Below, piece after piece: positions 1-8,748 of a stretch of DNA of 64,000 bases. Every line of letters starts with the position of its first letter. Positions within the stretch are counted from its first letter, which is position 1. The notes under the pieces were generated by a model, which was not told where the DNA came from, searched no databases, and saw only the letters and a program-made list of their open reading frames with translations. Origin of the DNA: Myxococcota bacterium (GTDB lineage Bacteria; Myxococcota_A; UBA9160; PR03); assembly GCA_041611735.1 (NCBI GenBank), contig JBFIML010000010.1, positions 13,027 through 77,026 of the forward strand, written 5' to 3'. Position numbers and translations under genes: made by a program.

Positions 1-608
1 AAGTAGCCGAGCTCGCCCATCTTGCGGATGAACTCCTCGGGCACGAGCTCGTCGTTGCGGTGGATGCGCTCGGCGTGGGGCGCCACCTCGTTGTCGGCGA
101 ACTCGCGTACGCCGTCGCGCACCTGCTCGTGGGTCTCGTCCAAGGGCCAGTCGTTGCGCCCCTTGCTCTCGGCCAACGTGCGGCCGATGGCCCGCAGCAC
201 GGCTTCGTTTCCGACGCGGCGGAGATCGGCGCGGAGCTTGGCGGGAAAGGTCGCCTCGAGGGCCTCCTCGCCGATGCCGAGGTCGTCCACCGCGGGCGCC
301 AGGCGGTTGCGCAGCCGCTCCATGAGCTCCGCCACGGAGGCGGCGGCGGTCGCCTCCAGATGGGCGTCGCCGCGACCCTCGTTGCGGGCCTCCCCGACGG
401 CGTCGAGCAGCGCACGGGCCGCCCGCGCCTCGGTGGCGGCGTAGGCCACGCGTTCCGCCAGCACCTGGTGTTCGTCGATGCTGCGGCCCCCGTCGGTGAT
501 ATCCTTGCCTCGGGCGAGTGCCTGTTCGAGGAGGGCTTCGCCGGCCGCGAGCAGCGGTCTGGCGTCGGATAGCTTCGGAAGGGTTTTTTCCTCGGGGGAT
601 CGTTTCAT
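1..608 (-). CDS. acyl-CoA dehydrogenase family protein, N-terminal part (3' end runs off the window start)
   Basis: Absent from the ORF track because it has no stop inside the window. The reverse strand from ATG at 608 reads MKRSPEEKTLPKLSDARPLL...RDGVREFADNEVAPHAERIHRNDELVPEEFIRKMGELGY. This is the typical start of an ACAD N-terminal domain after a helical extension. The + strand ORFs 22..444 and 60..572 are shadow frames. Confidence 0.75.
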   Translation of the reverse strand, partial: MKRSPEEKTLPKLSDARPLLAAGEALLEQALARGKDITDGGRSIDEHQVLAERVAYAATEARAARALLDAVGEARNEGRGDAHLEATAAASVAELMERLRNRLAPAVDDLGIGEEALEATFPAKLRADLRRVGNEAVLRAIGRTLAESKGRNDWPLDETHEQVRDGVREFADNEVAPHAERIHRNDELVPEEFIRKMGELGY

Positions 609-714
609 CGAATTCCTCTTGCAGTTCGCCCGACCAAGGGCCATCTAGAGCAGGAGAATAGCGCGCGCCCCGACGGGGTGGGCGCGAGGCGACGCATCCG
701 AAAGGAGGGCAGCG

Positions 715-1068
715 ATGCGGAAAATGCTTACGGCAACGGGACTTGCGGTCGCGCTGGCAGTGGCCGGCGCGGGGCTCGTCGCGTGCGGCGGGGGCGACGA
801 AGGGTCCGCCGAGCGCATGGGCAAGGCCATCGACGAGGGCATGGAGGGCGCGACCGGCGCCGCCCGGAGCGCGGCCGAGCAGGCCCAGGAGTCGGCGGAC
901 CAGGCGGCCCAGGCCGCCCGTGAGGCGGCCGAGCGGGCGCGCCAGAGCGCCCAGGGCCTGGCCGAGGGCGCGGCCAAGACCGCCGAGCAGGCGGCCGAGG
1001 AGGCGCGCAAGGCCGCCGGCGACGTGGCGGCTCCGGGCCCCGGCGACGCCGTCGAGGACTACGAGTAG
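715..1068 (+). CDS. Ala/Glu-rich lipoprotein, unknown function
   Basis: Signal peptide with lipobox (AVAGAGLVAC|GG). SD AAAGGAGGG lies 5 nt before the ATG. The mature part consists of helical Ala/Glu/Gln repeats. Confidence 0.7.
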   Translation: MRKMLTATGLAVALAVAGAGLVACGGGDEGSAERMGKAIDEGMEGATGAARSAAEQAQESADQAAQAAREAAERARQSAQGLAEGAAKTAEQAAEEARKAAGDVAAPGPGDAVEDYE

Positions 1069-1081
1069 CGCCCGAGGCGCG

Positions 1082-1096
1082 GCTCGGTTCCCGAGC
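1082..1096. terminator. small GC hairpin between convergent genes (GCTCGG-ttc-CCGAGC)
   Basis: 6-bp stem with a 3-nt loop, read directly. No U-tract, so terminator function is weakly supported. Confidence 0.2.
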
Positions 1097-1130
1097 GGGG
1101 CTCCCTGCCGTCGGCGGGGGGCCCCGTGTG

Positions 1131-1901
1131 TCATGGACGCCGGTGGAGGAAGCCCAGCAGGCGCTCGACCAGCGCCGGCGCTCCGAAGACGAGCCCGAGC
1201 TTTCCCTCCGGATAGGGGATCGTGACGCAGCGTCCGCCCGCCTCGGGCACCAGCACCTGGGTCGCGGCCGCGTCCCAGGGGTTCAGGTCGAAATCCACCA
1301 TCGCGTCGGCGCCGCCAGAGAGCACCTGGGTGTGCCCGAAGGCGTCGGTGTAGCCGCGGAGCATCGGCACCTCCCGGCTGAGCTGCTCGAAGGCCGCGCG
1401 CTCGCCGGCGCGGTCGAAGCAGAAGAGGTCTCCGTGGGCCACCAGCGCGCGGGTCAGGTCGGTCTGCTGGGAGACGCGCACCGGCGTGCCGTTGCGCCGG
1501 CAGCCGCCGCCTCGCCAGCCGACGTAGCGCTCCCCGAGGGTCGGGAGATCGATCAGGCCGAGCACGGGCTTGCCGTCGTGGAGCAGACCCAGGATCGTGG
1601 CGAAGAGCGGGATCCCCCGCGAGAAGGCGATGGTGCCGTCGATCGGGTCGATGACCCAGGAGCGGCCGGCCGTGGGCTCGCGCTCGCCTCCGAACTCCTC
1701 GCCGAGGATCGCGGTGTCGGGATCGCCCTCGGCGAGCACGCGTCGGATGGCCCGCTCCGCGGCGCGGTCGGCCTCGGTGACCGGGGAGCCGTCCGCCTTG
1801 CGCTCGACCTCGACGCTCCGGAAACGCGGCAGGATCTCGGCGCGCGCGCGGTCGGCGGCGGTCTCGGCGAGGCGGGCGAGTCTGGCCAGATCGAGCGCCA
1901 C
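1131..1901 (-). CDS. inositol monophosphatase / histidinol-phosphatase (HisN-like) family protein
   Basis: IMPase motifs are present: SPVTEADRAAE, WVIDPIDGT, DLNPWDAAA. GTG start at 1901. Confidence 0.9.
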   Translation of the reverse strand: MALDLARLARLAETAADRARAEILPRFRSVEVERKADGSPVTEADRAAERAIRRVLAEGDPDTAILGEEFGGEREPTAGRSWVIDPIDGTIAFSRGIPLFATILGLLHDGKPVLGLIDLPTLGERYVGWRGGGCRRNGTPVRVSQQTDLTRALVAHGDLFCFDRAGERAAFEQLSREVPMLRGYTDAFGHTQVLSGGADAMVDFDLNPWDAAATQVLVPEAGGRCVTIPYPEGKLGLVFGAPALVERLLGFLHRRP

Positions 1902-1919
1902 CGGGGAAGTATGGCACGC

Positions 1920-2010
1920 GGACGTTCTCGACGAATTGACTTATTCTGGTTGCGGGCGGTTGGCCGCCCCAAGGACCGCGGCGAAGAGTCAATCAGTCGA
2001 GAACGTCCCC
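1920..2010. repeat. inverted repeat, family member 1: GGACGTTCTCGACGAATTGAC ... GTCAATCAGTCGAGAACGTCC(CC)
   Basis: The 21-nt arms (1920-1940 and 1988-2008) are complementary at 19 of 21 positions, with a 47-nt spacer. The right arm ends 2 nt before the ATG at 2012. Confidence 0.7.
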
Positions 2011-2011
2011 G

Positions 2012-2902
2012 ATGCCGACCCTGGCGCAACGACTGGGCTTCGAGCGCGACGCACGCGTGGCCGTCGTCCACGCCGACGACATCGGGATGTGCCGCGCGGC
2101 CAACGACGGCGCCTTCGAGGCCCTCGAGGGCGGGGTCGTCACCTGCGGCAGCCTGATGGTTCCGTGCCCGTGGTTCCGCGACGCCGCCGACCGGGCTGCG
2201 GCGCGTCCCGAACTGGACCTCGGCGTGCACCTCACCTTGAACTCCGAGTGGCCCCACTACCGCTGGGGGCCCGTGGCCGGCCGAGGGGCCGTCCCCTCGC
2301 TCCTCGACGACCAGGGCTACCTGCCACGCACCAGCCTCGAGACGGTGCGGCGCGCCCGACCCGAGCAGGTGGAGATCGAGCTGCGCGCCCAGATCGACCA
2401 CGCCCTGGCCTCGGGCGTGGACGTGACCCACCTGGACTCCCACATGGGAACCGTCCTGTTTCCGCCCTTCACCCCCATCTATGGGCGTCTCGCCCGGGAC
2501 TACCGCCTGCCGGTCTTCGCCGTGCGGCCGGACCCCGAGCAGCTCGCGGCGCGCGGGCTCCAGGCGGCGGCGCCGATCTTCGAGACGCTCTGCGACCAGC
2601 TCCAGGGCGACGGGATCCCGGTGCTCGACGGCTTCGACGACGACTCCCTCGGCTTCGCCCCGGGCGACGGGGAGGCCCATAACCGGCGGCGTCTCGCCCG
2701 GCTGCCCCGGGGCATCAGCTACCTGATCATCCACCCGGCCCGTGGCGGGGAGGAGCTCTCCACGGTGGCTCCGGAGTCCGCCCACCAGCGTGACTTCGAG
2801 CGCCGCTTCTATGGCGGCGACGCGGGCCGCCGGGCCCTCGCCGAGCAGGGCATCCAGGTGGTCGGGATGCGGGCGCTCCGCGAGCTCGTGCGCGCGGGCT
2901 AG
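2012..2902 (+). CDS. YdjC/ChbG-family carbohydrate deacetylase-like protein
   Basis: Motifs HADDIGMCRAANDGAFEALE, GSLMVPCPW, HLTLNSEW and THLDSHM are typical of the YdjC family. Confidence 0.85.
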   Translation: MPTLAQRLGFERDARVAVVHADDIGMCRAANDGAFEALEGGVVTCGSLMVPCPWFRDAADRAAARPELDLGVHLTLNSEWPHYRWGPVAGRGAVPSLLDDQGYLPRTSLETVRRARPEQVEIELRAQIDHALASGVDVTHLDSHMGTVLFPPFTPIYGRLARDYRLPVFAVRPDPEQLAARGLQAAAPIFETLCDQLQGDGIPVLDGFDDDSLGFAPGDGEAHNRRRLARLPRGISYLIIHPARGGEELSTVAPESAHQRDFERRFYGGDAGRRALAEQGIQVVGMRALRELVRAG

Positions 2903-2950
2903 CGTTTGCCGCCGCCTCCTCCCGCGACACGACCGGGTGGGGAATCCGGC

Positions 2951-3760
2951 CTAGCGGCCCGCGCCCACCAGCTCGTCGACGGGGGCCTCGGCCAGGTCGT
3001 AGCCCGCCTCTTCGGGGATGCGCACCAGCATGCCGTGCTCGCCCTTCTCGATGCGCGGCAGCACGGTCACAACCGGCTCGCGGCGGGCTGCCGCCAGGGC
3101 CTCGGCGACGCTCCCGTGCCGCGCGAGCTTCGCCAGGTTGAGGCGGGTCGGGAACATGAGGCTGCGATGGCCGGCGGCGGCCTCCGAGAGGGCGGTGCGC
3201 GGCGGCATCCAGCGCGACCCGACCGTCTCGGCGCCGTCGTGGTGCGCGGCCTGCTGCACCGGCGCCGGGGCCAGGAAGAAGTGGGTGTCGAAACGGCGCG
3301 GCAGGAACTCGGGCGTGATCCAGTGGGCGAAGGGGACCAGGAGATCGCAGGCGAGCTGGAGCTTCTCGCGGACCACGAGCTCCTTCAGGGCCACGCGGCC
3401 GGCCCGACGCGCCTCGCGCTCGGAACGCGCCAGGGAAAGGGCCCGCTCGGCAGGAAGCAGGTTCCGCTGCCCGGCCGGCCGCGCCAGCAGGATTCCGCTC
3501 TCCTCGAAGACCTCGCGTACGGCGGCCACGCGCAGTGCCGCCTCTTCCGCATCCACGTCCGCGAGACCGGCGGCCCCGGCTCGCAGCGTCGCATCCGCGT
3601 CGCCGGGATCGACCTTCCCGCCCGGGAACGCCGTGGCCCCGCCAGCGAAGCGGATGCCGCGGTGTCGCTCCACCAGGAAGACCTCGAGGCCCGCGGCGGC
3701 GTCGCGCACCAGGAGCACCGTTGCGGCGGGGACGGCGCGGGCGGGACGGCGCTCGGCCAT
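2951..3760 (-). CDS. NUDIX hydrolase
   Basis: Nudix box present: GGKVDPGD...AALRVAAVREVFEESGI. Confidence 0.85.
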   Translation of the reverse strand: MAERRPARAVPAATVLLVRDAAAGLEVFLVERHRGIRFAGGATAFPGGKVDPGDADATLRAGAAGLADVDAEEAALRVAAVREVFEESGILLARPAGQRNLLPAERALSLARSEREARRAGRVALKELVVREKLQLACDLLVPFAHWITPEFLPRRFDTHFFLAPAPVQQAAHHDGAETVGSRWMPPRTALSEAAAGHRSLMFPTRLNLAKLARHGSVAEALAAARREPVVTVLPRIEKGEHGMLVRIPEEAGYDLAEAPVDELVGAGR

Positions 3761-3798
3761 GGCGGGGCTCTCCCTCGGGCGACTGCGTCGAGCGTACC

Positions 3799-4644
3799 GT
3801 GTCCGCCGCCAGCGTGCTGCGCGGAGCGCGCGGCTTGACCCGGATCCCGGGCGACGTCCCGCTCTACGTGGAGGTGCAGGGCGCGGGACCCGCGGTCGTG
3901 CTCCTGCACGGCTTCGGCGGAAGCGCCCGGAACTTCCGCCCCCAGGCTCGCGGCCTGCGGGATCGCGCGCGCGTGGCCCTCGTGGACCTGCGCGGGCACG
4001 CGCGAAGCGGCGCTCCCGACGACCCTGCCGCCTACACCGCCGAGGCCTTCGTCGGCGACGTGACGCGCGTCCTCGACCATCTCGAGGTCGAGCGCGCCGT
4101 GGTGGGGGGACTCTCCATGGGAGCGGGAATCGCGCTTCGCTTCGCGGTCGCCCACCCGGAGCGCGTGCGGGGCCTCGTCGTGGCCGCTCCGCCGCCCGGG
4201 GCCAGCGAGCGGGGGCAGTCGCGTTGGGCGCGCGAGTTCGCCGCCGCCATCGAGGGCGAGGGGCTCGACGCGGCGGGGGAGCGCTTCGCCTGGGGCGCGC
4301 GCTCCGGCTTCGACCGCCAGGCCGCGAAGCTGATCCGCATGGGCTTCCTCGAGCATCCGCCCCATGGCCTCGCCCATGCGCTCCGCGAGCTCCTGGCCGT
4401 GCAGCCCTCCGTCGTGGAGCACGCCCCGGCCCTGCGGGCCCAGCGCCTTGCGGTCCTGATCGTGGTCGGCGGCGAGGACGCCATCTCGCGCGGACCTGCG
4501 CAAGCGCTGGCGGCGGCGCTGCCGGAGGCGCGCCAGGTCGTGGTGCCCGGCGCGGGCCACGTGGTGAACCTGGCCGCCCCGGAGCCGTTCAATGCAGCGC
4601 TCGGCGGCTTCCTGGCGCAGCTCGCCGACGACGCGCCGGCGTGA
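3799..4644 (+). CDS. alpha/beta hydrolase
   Basis: VVLLHGFGGSARNF, nucleophile elbow GLSMGAG, and C-terminal PGAGHVVNL. The track start at 3535 would overlap the divergent Nudix gene. A GTG/TTG start in 3799-3835 is more plausible, but the exact start is uncertain. Confidence 0.8.
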   Translation: MSAASVLRGARGLTRIPGDVPLYVEVQGAGPAVVLLHGFGGSARNFRPQARGLRDRARVALVDLRGHARSGAPDDPAAYTAEAFVGDVTRVLDHLEVERAVVGGLSMGAGIALRFAVAHPERVRGLVVAAPPPGASERGQSRWAREFAAAIEGEGLDAAGERFAWGARSGFDRQAAKLIRMGFLEHPPHGLAHALRELLAVQPSVVEHAPALRAQRLAVLIVVGGEDAISRGPAQALAAALPEARQVVVPGAGHVVNLAAPEPFNAALGGFLAQLADDAPA

Positions 4645-4652
4645 GCGCTGGC

Positions 4653-4666
4653 AGGGGCCTGCCCCT
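4653..4666. terminator. short GC hairpin between convergent genes (AGGGGC-ctg-CCCCT type)
   Basis: AGGGGCCTGCCCCT can form a 5-6 bp stem with a 4-nt loop. It lies between the stops at 4644 (+) and 4670 (-). Confidence 0.25.
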
Positions 4667-4669
4667 CTC

Positions 4670-5635
4670 CTACGCTTCGTCGCCGCCGGGCTCGGCCTCG
4701 GCGGCGAGTGGTGCCGTCTGGGTCGGGACCCGCTCCAGGACCTCCACCGCATGGGGCGCCCGCACGAAGCTGAGCACGCCGGCGGCGGTGAGCAGCATGC
4801 CGGCGGCCTGCCGCAAGCTGGGCACCTCGCCCACGATCAGGAAGCTCGCACCGAGAGACAGCAGCGGGATCGACGGCACCACGATGGCCGTGGCGCGGGA
4901 GAGGTCCATGCGCGCGAGGGTCTGGTACCAGAGCATCGTGCCCAGGTAGAAGAGCACGACGCCCTGGAACGCCAGCACGGGCAGCTGCGCGGCGGCAGAT
5001 CCGGCGTCGGGGAGGATCGCTGTACCTCCCCACGCCGCGGCAGCGAGGGTCAGGATCAGGGCGCCGTAGACGTAACGGGCCCCGGTCAGGACCTCCGGCG
5101 ACAACCCGGGCAAGCGACGCAGCACCAGCAGATGGGAGAGCTGCCAGCAGAGCGGCGTGGCGAGCAGCATCGCGATGCCCCAGGGGTCGCCCAGGGGGCC
5201 GAACCCGACCGCCAGGGCGATCCCGGCGAGCAGCACCGCCGCCGAGGCCACGCGCCGGACCGTGAGCCGGTGGCCCAGCACCAGCCAGGCGAGGGCGAGA
5301 GAGTAGGCGGGCTCGATCTGGAGACAGACGACGGCCTCGATGGCCGTGGTGCGTCGGGTGCCCACGAAGAAGAGCAGGTAGGGGAGTGCAGTGCCGAGCG
5401 CCCCGAGCAGGATCAGCAGACCGGCCGTCTCGCGACGGATCAGCGCGGCGAGGTCGCGTCGTACGGCCAGCACCACCGTGGCGGCGGCGCCCCCGAAGAC
5501 GGCGGTGGCGGACACCACGAAGAGCGGCGCGGCGTGCTCCGTGGTGAGCTTCGCGACCGCCGGAACGAATGCGCCGTTCGCGGCGCACAGCGCCGCGAAG
5601 AGGAGTCCGACCCGCTCGGGGGATCCGGTGACCAA
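4670..5635 (-). CDS. EamA/DMT-family transporter
   Basis: About ten hydrophobic helices in two EamA-like halves. The N-terminus of the track ORF (start 5752) is Pro-rich and unlikely to be real. An in-frame TTG at 5635 precedes the first helix, but the start is uncertain. Confidence 0.8.
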   Translation of the reverse strand: MVTGSPERVGLLFAALCAANGAFVPAVAKLTTEHAAPLFVVSATAVFGGAAATVVLAVRRDLAALIRRETAGLLILLGALGTALPYLLFFVGTRRTTAIEAVVCLQIEPAYSLALAWLVLGHRLTVRRVASAAVLLAGIALAVGFGPLGDPWGIAMLLATPLCWQLSHLLVLRRLPGLSPEVLTGARYVYGALILTLAAAAWGGTAILPDAGSAAAQLPVLAFQGVVLFYLGTMLWYQTLARMDLSRATAIVVPSIPLLSLGASFLIVGEVPSLRQAAGMLLTAAGVLSFVRAPHAVEVLERVPTQTAPLAAEAEPGGDEA

Positions 5636-5790
5636 GCTGGGCGGAGGATGACGGGGAGGCGGCGCGGCGCAAAGCCCCGAGAACGGAGCTTCGCGCCGCG
5701 GTGGCGGGGGAGCTCCGGCCGAGGGCTTCCGGACGGGCCCGGGATGCCCCATCCTTGACGCGCCACGGTCGCACGCAGGGGGAGATCGCG

Positions 5791-5982
5791 TTGTTCCGCT
5801 GGACCCTGCTTCTCGTCACCGCGGGCGGACTCGCCGCCTGCACCATGACGCCCCAGGAGATCGAGAAGATCCAGGTGGAGAACGAGCTGCTGCGTCGGGA
5901 GATCCAGGTGATGCGCGAGAACTGCGAGCGCTACCGCGACCTGGAGCTCCACCTGGACGATCGCCAGGGCGAAGCGCGCTGA
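5791..5982 (+). CDS. small lipoprotein (about 63 aa)
   Basis: In-frame TTG at 5791 sits 6-7 nt after GGGGGAG. Signal peptide with lipobox (LLLVTAGGLAAC|T). The mature part is coiled-coil-like (EIEKIQVENELLRREIQVMREN). Confidence 0.55.
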   Translation: MFRWTLLLVTAGGLAACTMTPQEIEKIQVENELLRREIQVMRENCERYRDLELHLDDRQGEAR

Positions 5983-6006
5983 GCGGTGCTCACGGGGCGG
6001 CGGGCC

Positions 6007-6186
6007 TCAGGGGGCCGGGGGCGTACGCTCGTCGGGTTCCTCGGCCGCCTCCTCGTCGAAGGGAACCGCCTCCCGCTCGGAGGGCTGCACGAGCTCGTCC
6101 TGCCGCGGGGTCTCCTGCCCGCAGCCCACGAGGGTCCCGGTAGCCAGCAGGGTGACGGCCAGCCAGGCGCCGGTTCTCCGCTTCAT
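6007..6186 (-). CDS. small lipoprotein (about 59 aa)
   Basis: MKRRTGAWLAVTLLATGTLVGC|G lipobox. SD GGAGGTG lies 6 nt upstream of the ATG at 6186. Confidence 0.7.
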   Translation of the reverse strand: MKRRTGAWLAVTLLATGTLVGCGQETPRQDELVQPSEREAVPFDEEAAEEPDERTPPAP

Positions 6187-6249
6187 GGTCTTCACCTCCG
6201 GGACCAACCATGCACCGGACCGGGCTCCCCGGCAAGCGGCGGGGCCGGC

Positions 6250-7041
6250 CTACCCGGCCGCCGGGGCGCGGGCCGCGTCGTTCAAGGACCAGTCGTAGTC
6301 GAAGTGGCGCAGGCGCAGGTCGGGGTGCTCCACGACCCAGGCCCGCGCGGGCTCCGGCAGATGGGGCGTCACGAAGGCGATCACCCCGCCAGCGCTCTCG
6401 AAGTCCTCTTCGAACCACTTGAAGATCCGGCTCAGCCACAAGACCCCGGCCTCGCGATCCAGACGTGCGCCCTTGCGGGGGTCGGCGAGCCAGCGTCGCA
6501 AGGCGTCGTCCAGCTGGGCGTCGAGCCGCTCGGCCCGAAACGGCTCCCGGCGCAGGGAAGGGCAGGAGGTGGCGGCGCAGACGATGGCCGCGTGGATGCG
6601 GGGCTCGCCCAGGGGACGCAGGATCTGGTGCTCGATCTCGTCGAGGCTGCGCGTCGAGCCGCCCACCACGCCGGCGGGCCGCTTCCAGACCGGCCGCAGC
6701 AGCGAGCCGATCGAACGGATGCTCTCCACCGGGTAGTGCTTGCGCACCATGTCGATGGCCAGGACGTTGTAGGCGTTGATCCAGAGCGCGAGCCGCTCGT
6801 CGCGGCCGGAGAGCGCGGCGAGGTCGGCCCGGGCGAGGCTCTCGAGGACCCGCGGCCAGTCGGCGTCCTGGCGGAGGCTGCGGTAGTCCACGCGGACGCC
6901 GGCCGGGTCGGTCACCGCCAGGGTGTGGCGCTCGAGGAGCTTCCCGTAGAGCGTCACGTCGAAAGCTCCCGCCCGCACCGGCCCGGTCGTCGCCACGGCC
7001 ACCAGAAGCCCGAGCAGCAGGCGGGGACGTTGCTGACCCAT
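6250..7041 (-). CDS. DUF547 domain-containing secreted protein
   Basis: C-terminal 263 aa of the 932-aa track ORF. Has a signal peptide, WINAYNVLAI, and IHAAIVCAATSCPSLRREPF, which is typical of DUF547. SD AAGGAG lies 4 nt before the ATG at 7041. Confidence 0.85.
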   Translation of the reverse strand: MGQQRPRLLLGLLVAVATTGPVRAGAFDVTLYGKLLERHTLAVTDPAGVRVDYRSLRQDADWPRVLESLARADLAALSGRDERLALWINAYNVLAIDMVRKHYPVESIRSIGSLLRPVWKRPAGVVGGSTRSLDEIEHQILRPLGEPRIHAAIVCAATSCPSLRREPFRAERLDAQLDDALRRWLADPRKGARLDREAGVLWLSRIFKWFEEDFESAGGVIAFVTPHLPEPARAWVVEHPDLRLRHFDYDWSLNDAARAPAAG

Positions 7042-7105
7042 TGGCTCCTTGTTCCGTGTCCGGCCACGACGATTCTCGATGAGGCAATCGGTCAAGAACG
7101 TCCCC
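7023..7105. repeat. inverted repeat, family member 2: GGGGACGTTGCTGAC ... GTCAAGAACGTCCCC
   Basis: Arms at 7023-7037 and 7091-7105 are complementary at 13 of 15 positions, with the outer 9 bp perfect. The element encloses the SD and ATG of the DUF547 gene and overlaps the stop of the DUF1295 gene. Confidence 0.65.
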
Positions 7106-7874
7106 CTCGCGGACCGGGGAAGAAGGCGTTGGTGGTCTCCACGTAGCGACGGTAGCCGGGGCGCCGCTCCGCGATGTCCTTCTCGAGCAGCGTGACTCCC
7201 GAGACCCGCAGCAGGAGGAAGCTCATCAGCAGGGGCCCCGGCAGGCTCCACCAGCCGCCCGCACCCAGGGCCAGCAGGAAGAATCCCCACCACACGCAGA
7301 AGTCTCCGAAGTAGTTGGGATGACGCGTGTAGCCCCACAGCCCCCGGTCCATCACGCGGCCGGCATGGGCCGGATCCGCCTTGAAGCGTGCGAGCTGGAA
7401 GTCGCCCAGGGTCTCGAAGCAGAAGCCCACCCCCCAGAGCGCGACGCCGAGCCCATCCAGCACGCCGACGGGCGCGCGCCCGTCCACGGCGGCGAGCAGC
7501 GGCAACGAGATGATCCAGGCCAGGAGCGCCTGGAAGCCGAAGACCGTGGCGAGGCTCGTGACCGCGAAGCGCGGCCCCTGCCGACGACGCATGGCCGCGT
7601 ACCGACGGTCCTCGGGCTCGCCCCAGCCCCGCCAGACGAGGTAGCCCGAGAGGCGCAGGGCCCAGATCGCCACCAGGGCGAGGATCAGGCCCGTGCGGGC
7701 ACCCGCAGGGGCGGGCGTCGCGCTCCGATAGATCCCCGCGGCCACCAGGAACAGCAGCGGCCAGACGGGATCCACGATGCTCACGTCGCGCTTCACCAGG
7801 CTCACGAGCCAGGTGGCGAGCATCACGATGGCGAGGGCGCCGAGCCCCCAGAGCCAGGCTTCCCCGGAGAACAT
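7092..7874 (-). CDS. DUF1295 / steroid 5-alpha-reductase-like membrane protein
   Basis: Multi-pass membrane protein with RGLWGYTRHPNYFGDFCVWWGF, characteristic of the DUF1295/ICMT-like fold. ATG at 7874. Confidence 0.85.
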   Translation of the reverse strand: MFSGEAWLWGLGALAIVMLATWLVSLVKRDVSIVDPVWPLLFLVAAGIYRSATPAPAGARTGLILALVAIWALRLSGYLVWRGWGEPEDRRYAAMRRRQGPRFAVTSLATVFGFQALLAWIISLPLLAAVDGRAPVGVLDGLGVALWGVGFCFETLGDFQLARFKADPAHAGRVMDRGLWGYTRHPNYFGDFCVWWGFFLLALGAGGWWSLPGPLLMSFLLLRVSGVTLLEKDIAERRPGYRRYVETTNAFFPGPRGGRS

Positions 7875-7980
7875 GCCAGGCCGCTCCCGATGCGGCACGG
7901 TAGCAGCGGTGCGCCCGGCGGTTGGCTGCGTAACCCGCCGGCCGCTGCGGCATCGGACAGCGATGCGAGGAGGTGACGCC

Positions 7981-8748
7981 TTGCCCGAGTCCCTGGAGCG
8001 CGGACACGCCGTGCAGCAGCCCCGCCCGACCTCGGGCCTGACCTTCCGCCGGGTCGCGCTGGCCCTGGTCGTGCTCCTGGCGCTCGTCGCCCTGGGGCGC
8101 ATGCTCGGCGGGGAGATCCCGCGCTTCGCCGCCTGGGTGGACGGCCTCGGCTTCTGGGGTCCGCTGGTGTTCGTGTTCGGCTACGCCGTCGCCGTGGTCG
8201 CCTTCGCTCCGGGCTCCCTGCTCACCCTGGCCGCGGGAGCGATCTTCGGCCTGCTGGAGGGCACCCTGTACGTCTTCGTGGCGGCAACGCTCGGGGCCAG
8301 CGCCGCCTTCCTGGTTGCGCGCCACGCAGCGCGGCGCCTGGTGGAACGCCGCCTGGCGGGCAATCCTCGCTTCGACGCCATCGACCGGGCGGTGGGGCGG
8401 GAGGGCCGCAAGATCGTGCTGCTGCTGCGCCTCTCGCCGGTATTCCCCTTCAACCTGCTCAACTACGCCCTCGGCCTGACGAACGTCCGCTTCGTGGACT
8501 ACTTCGTGGCCTCCGTGGGCATGCTGCCCGGGACGCTCCTCTACGTGTACTACGGCAAGCTCGCCGGGGACGTGGCCTCGCTGGCCGGCGGGGCTTCCGT
8601 CCAGAGGGGAGCGCCCTACTGGGCCGTGCTCGTGCTGGGCCTGGTGGCGACCCTGGTGGTGACCACCATCGTGACGCGCATCGCCCGGCGCGCACTGCGC
8701 GAGGCGACCGACCCCGCGCCTCCCGGGCGACGAGGAGGCTTTGCATGA
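7981..8748 (+). CDS. TVP38/TMEM64 (DedA-superfamily) membrane protein
   Basis: Motifs FAPGSLLTLAAGAIFG and LRLSPVFPFNLLNYALGLT. TTG at 7981 sits 7 nt after GAGGAGG; an alternative in-frame ATG is at 7963. The stop overlaps the next gene (ATGA). Confidence 0.85.
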   Translation: MPESLERGHAVQQPRPTSGLTFRRVALALVVLLALVALGRMLGGEIPRFAAWVDGLGFWGPLVFVFGYAVAVVAFAPGSLLTLAAGAIFGLLEGTLYVFVAATLGASAAFLVARHAARRLVERRLAGNPRFDAIDRAVGREGRKIVLLLRLSPVFPFNLLNYALGLTNVRFVDYFVASVGMLPGTLLYVYYGKLAGDVASLAGGASVQRGAPYWAVLVLGLVATLVVTTIVTRIARRALREATDPAPPGRRGGFA

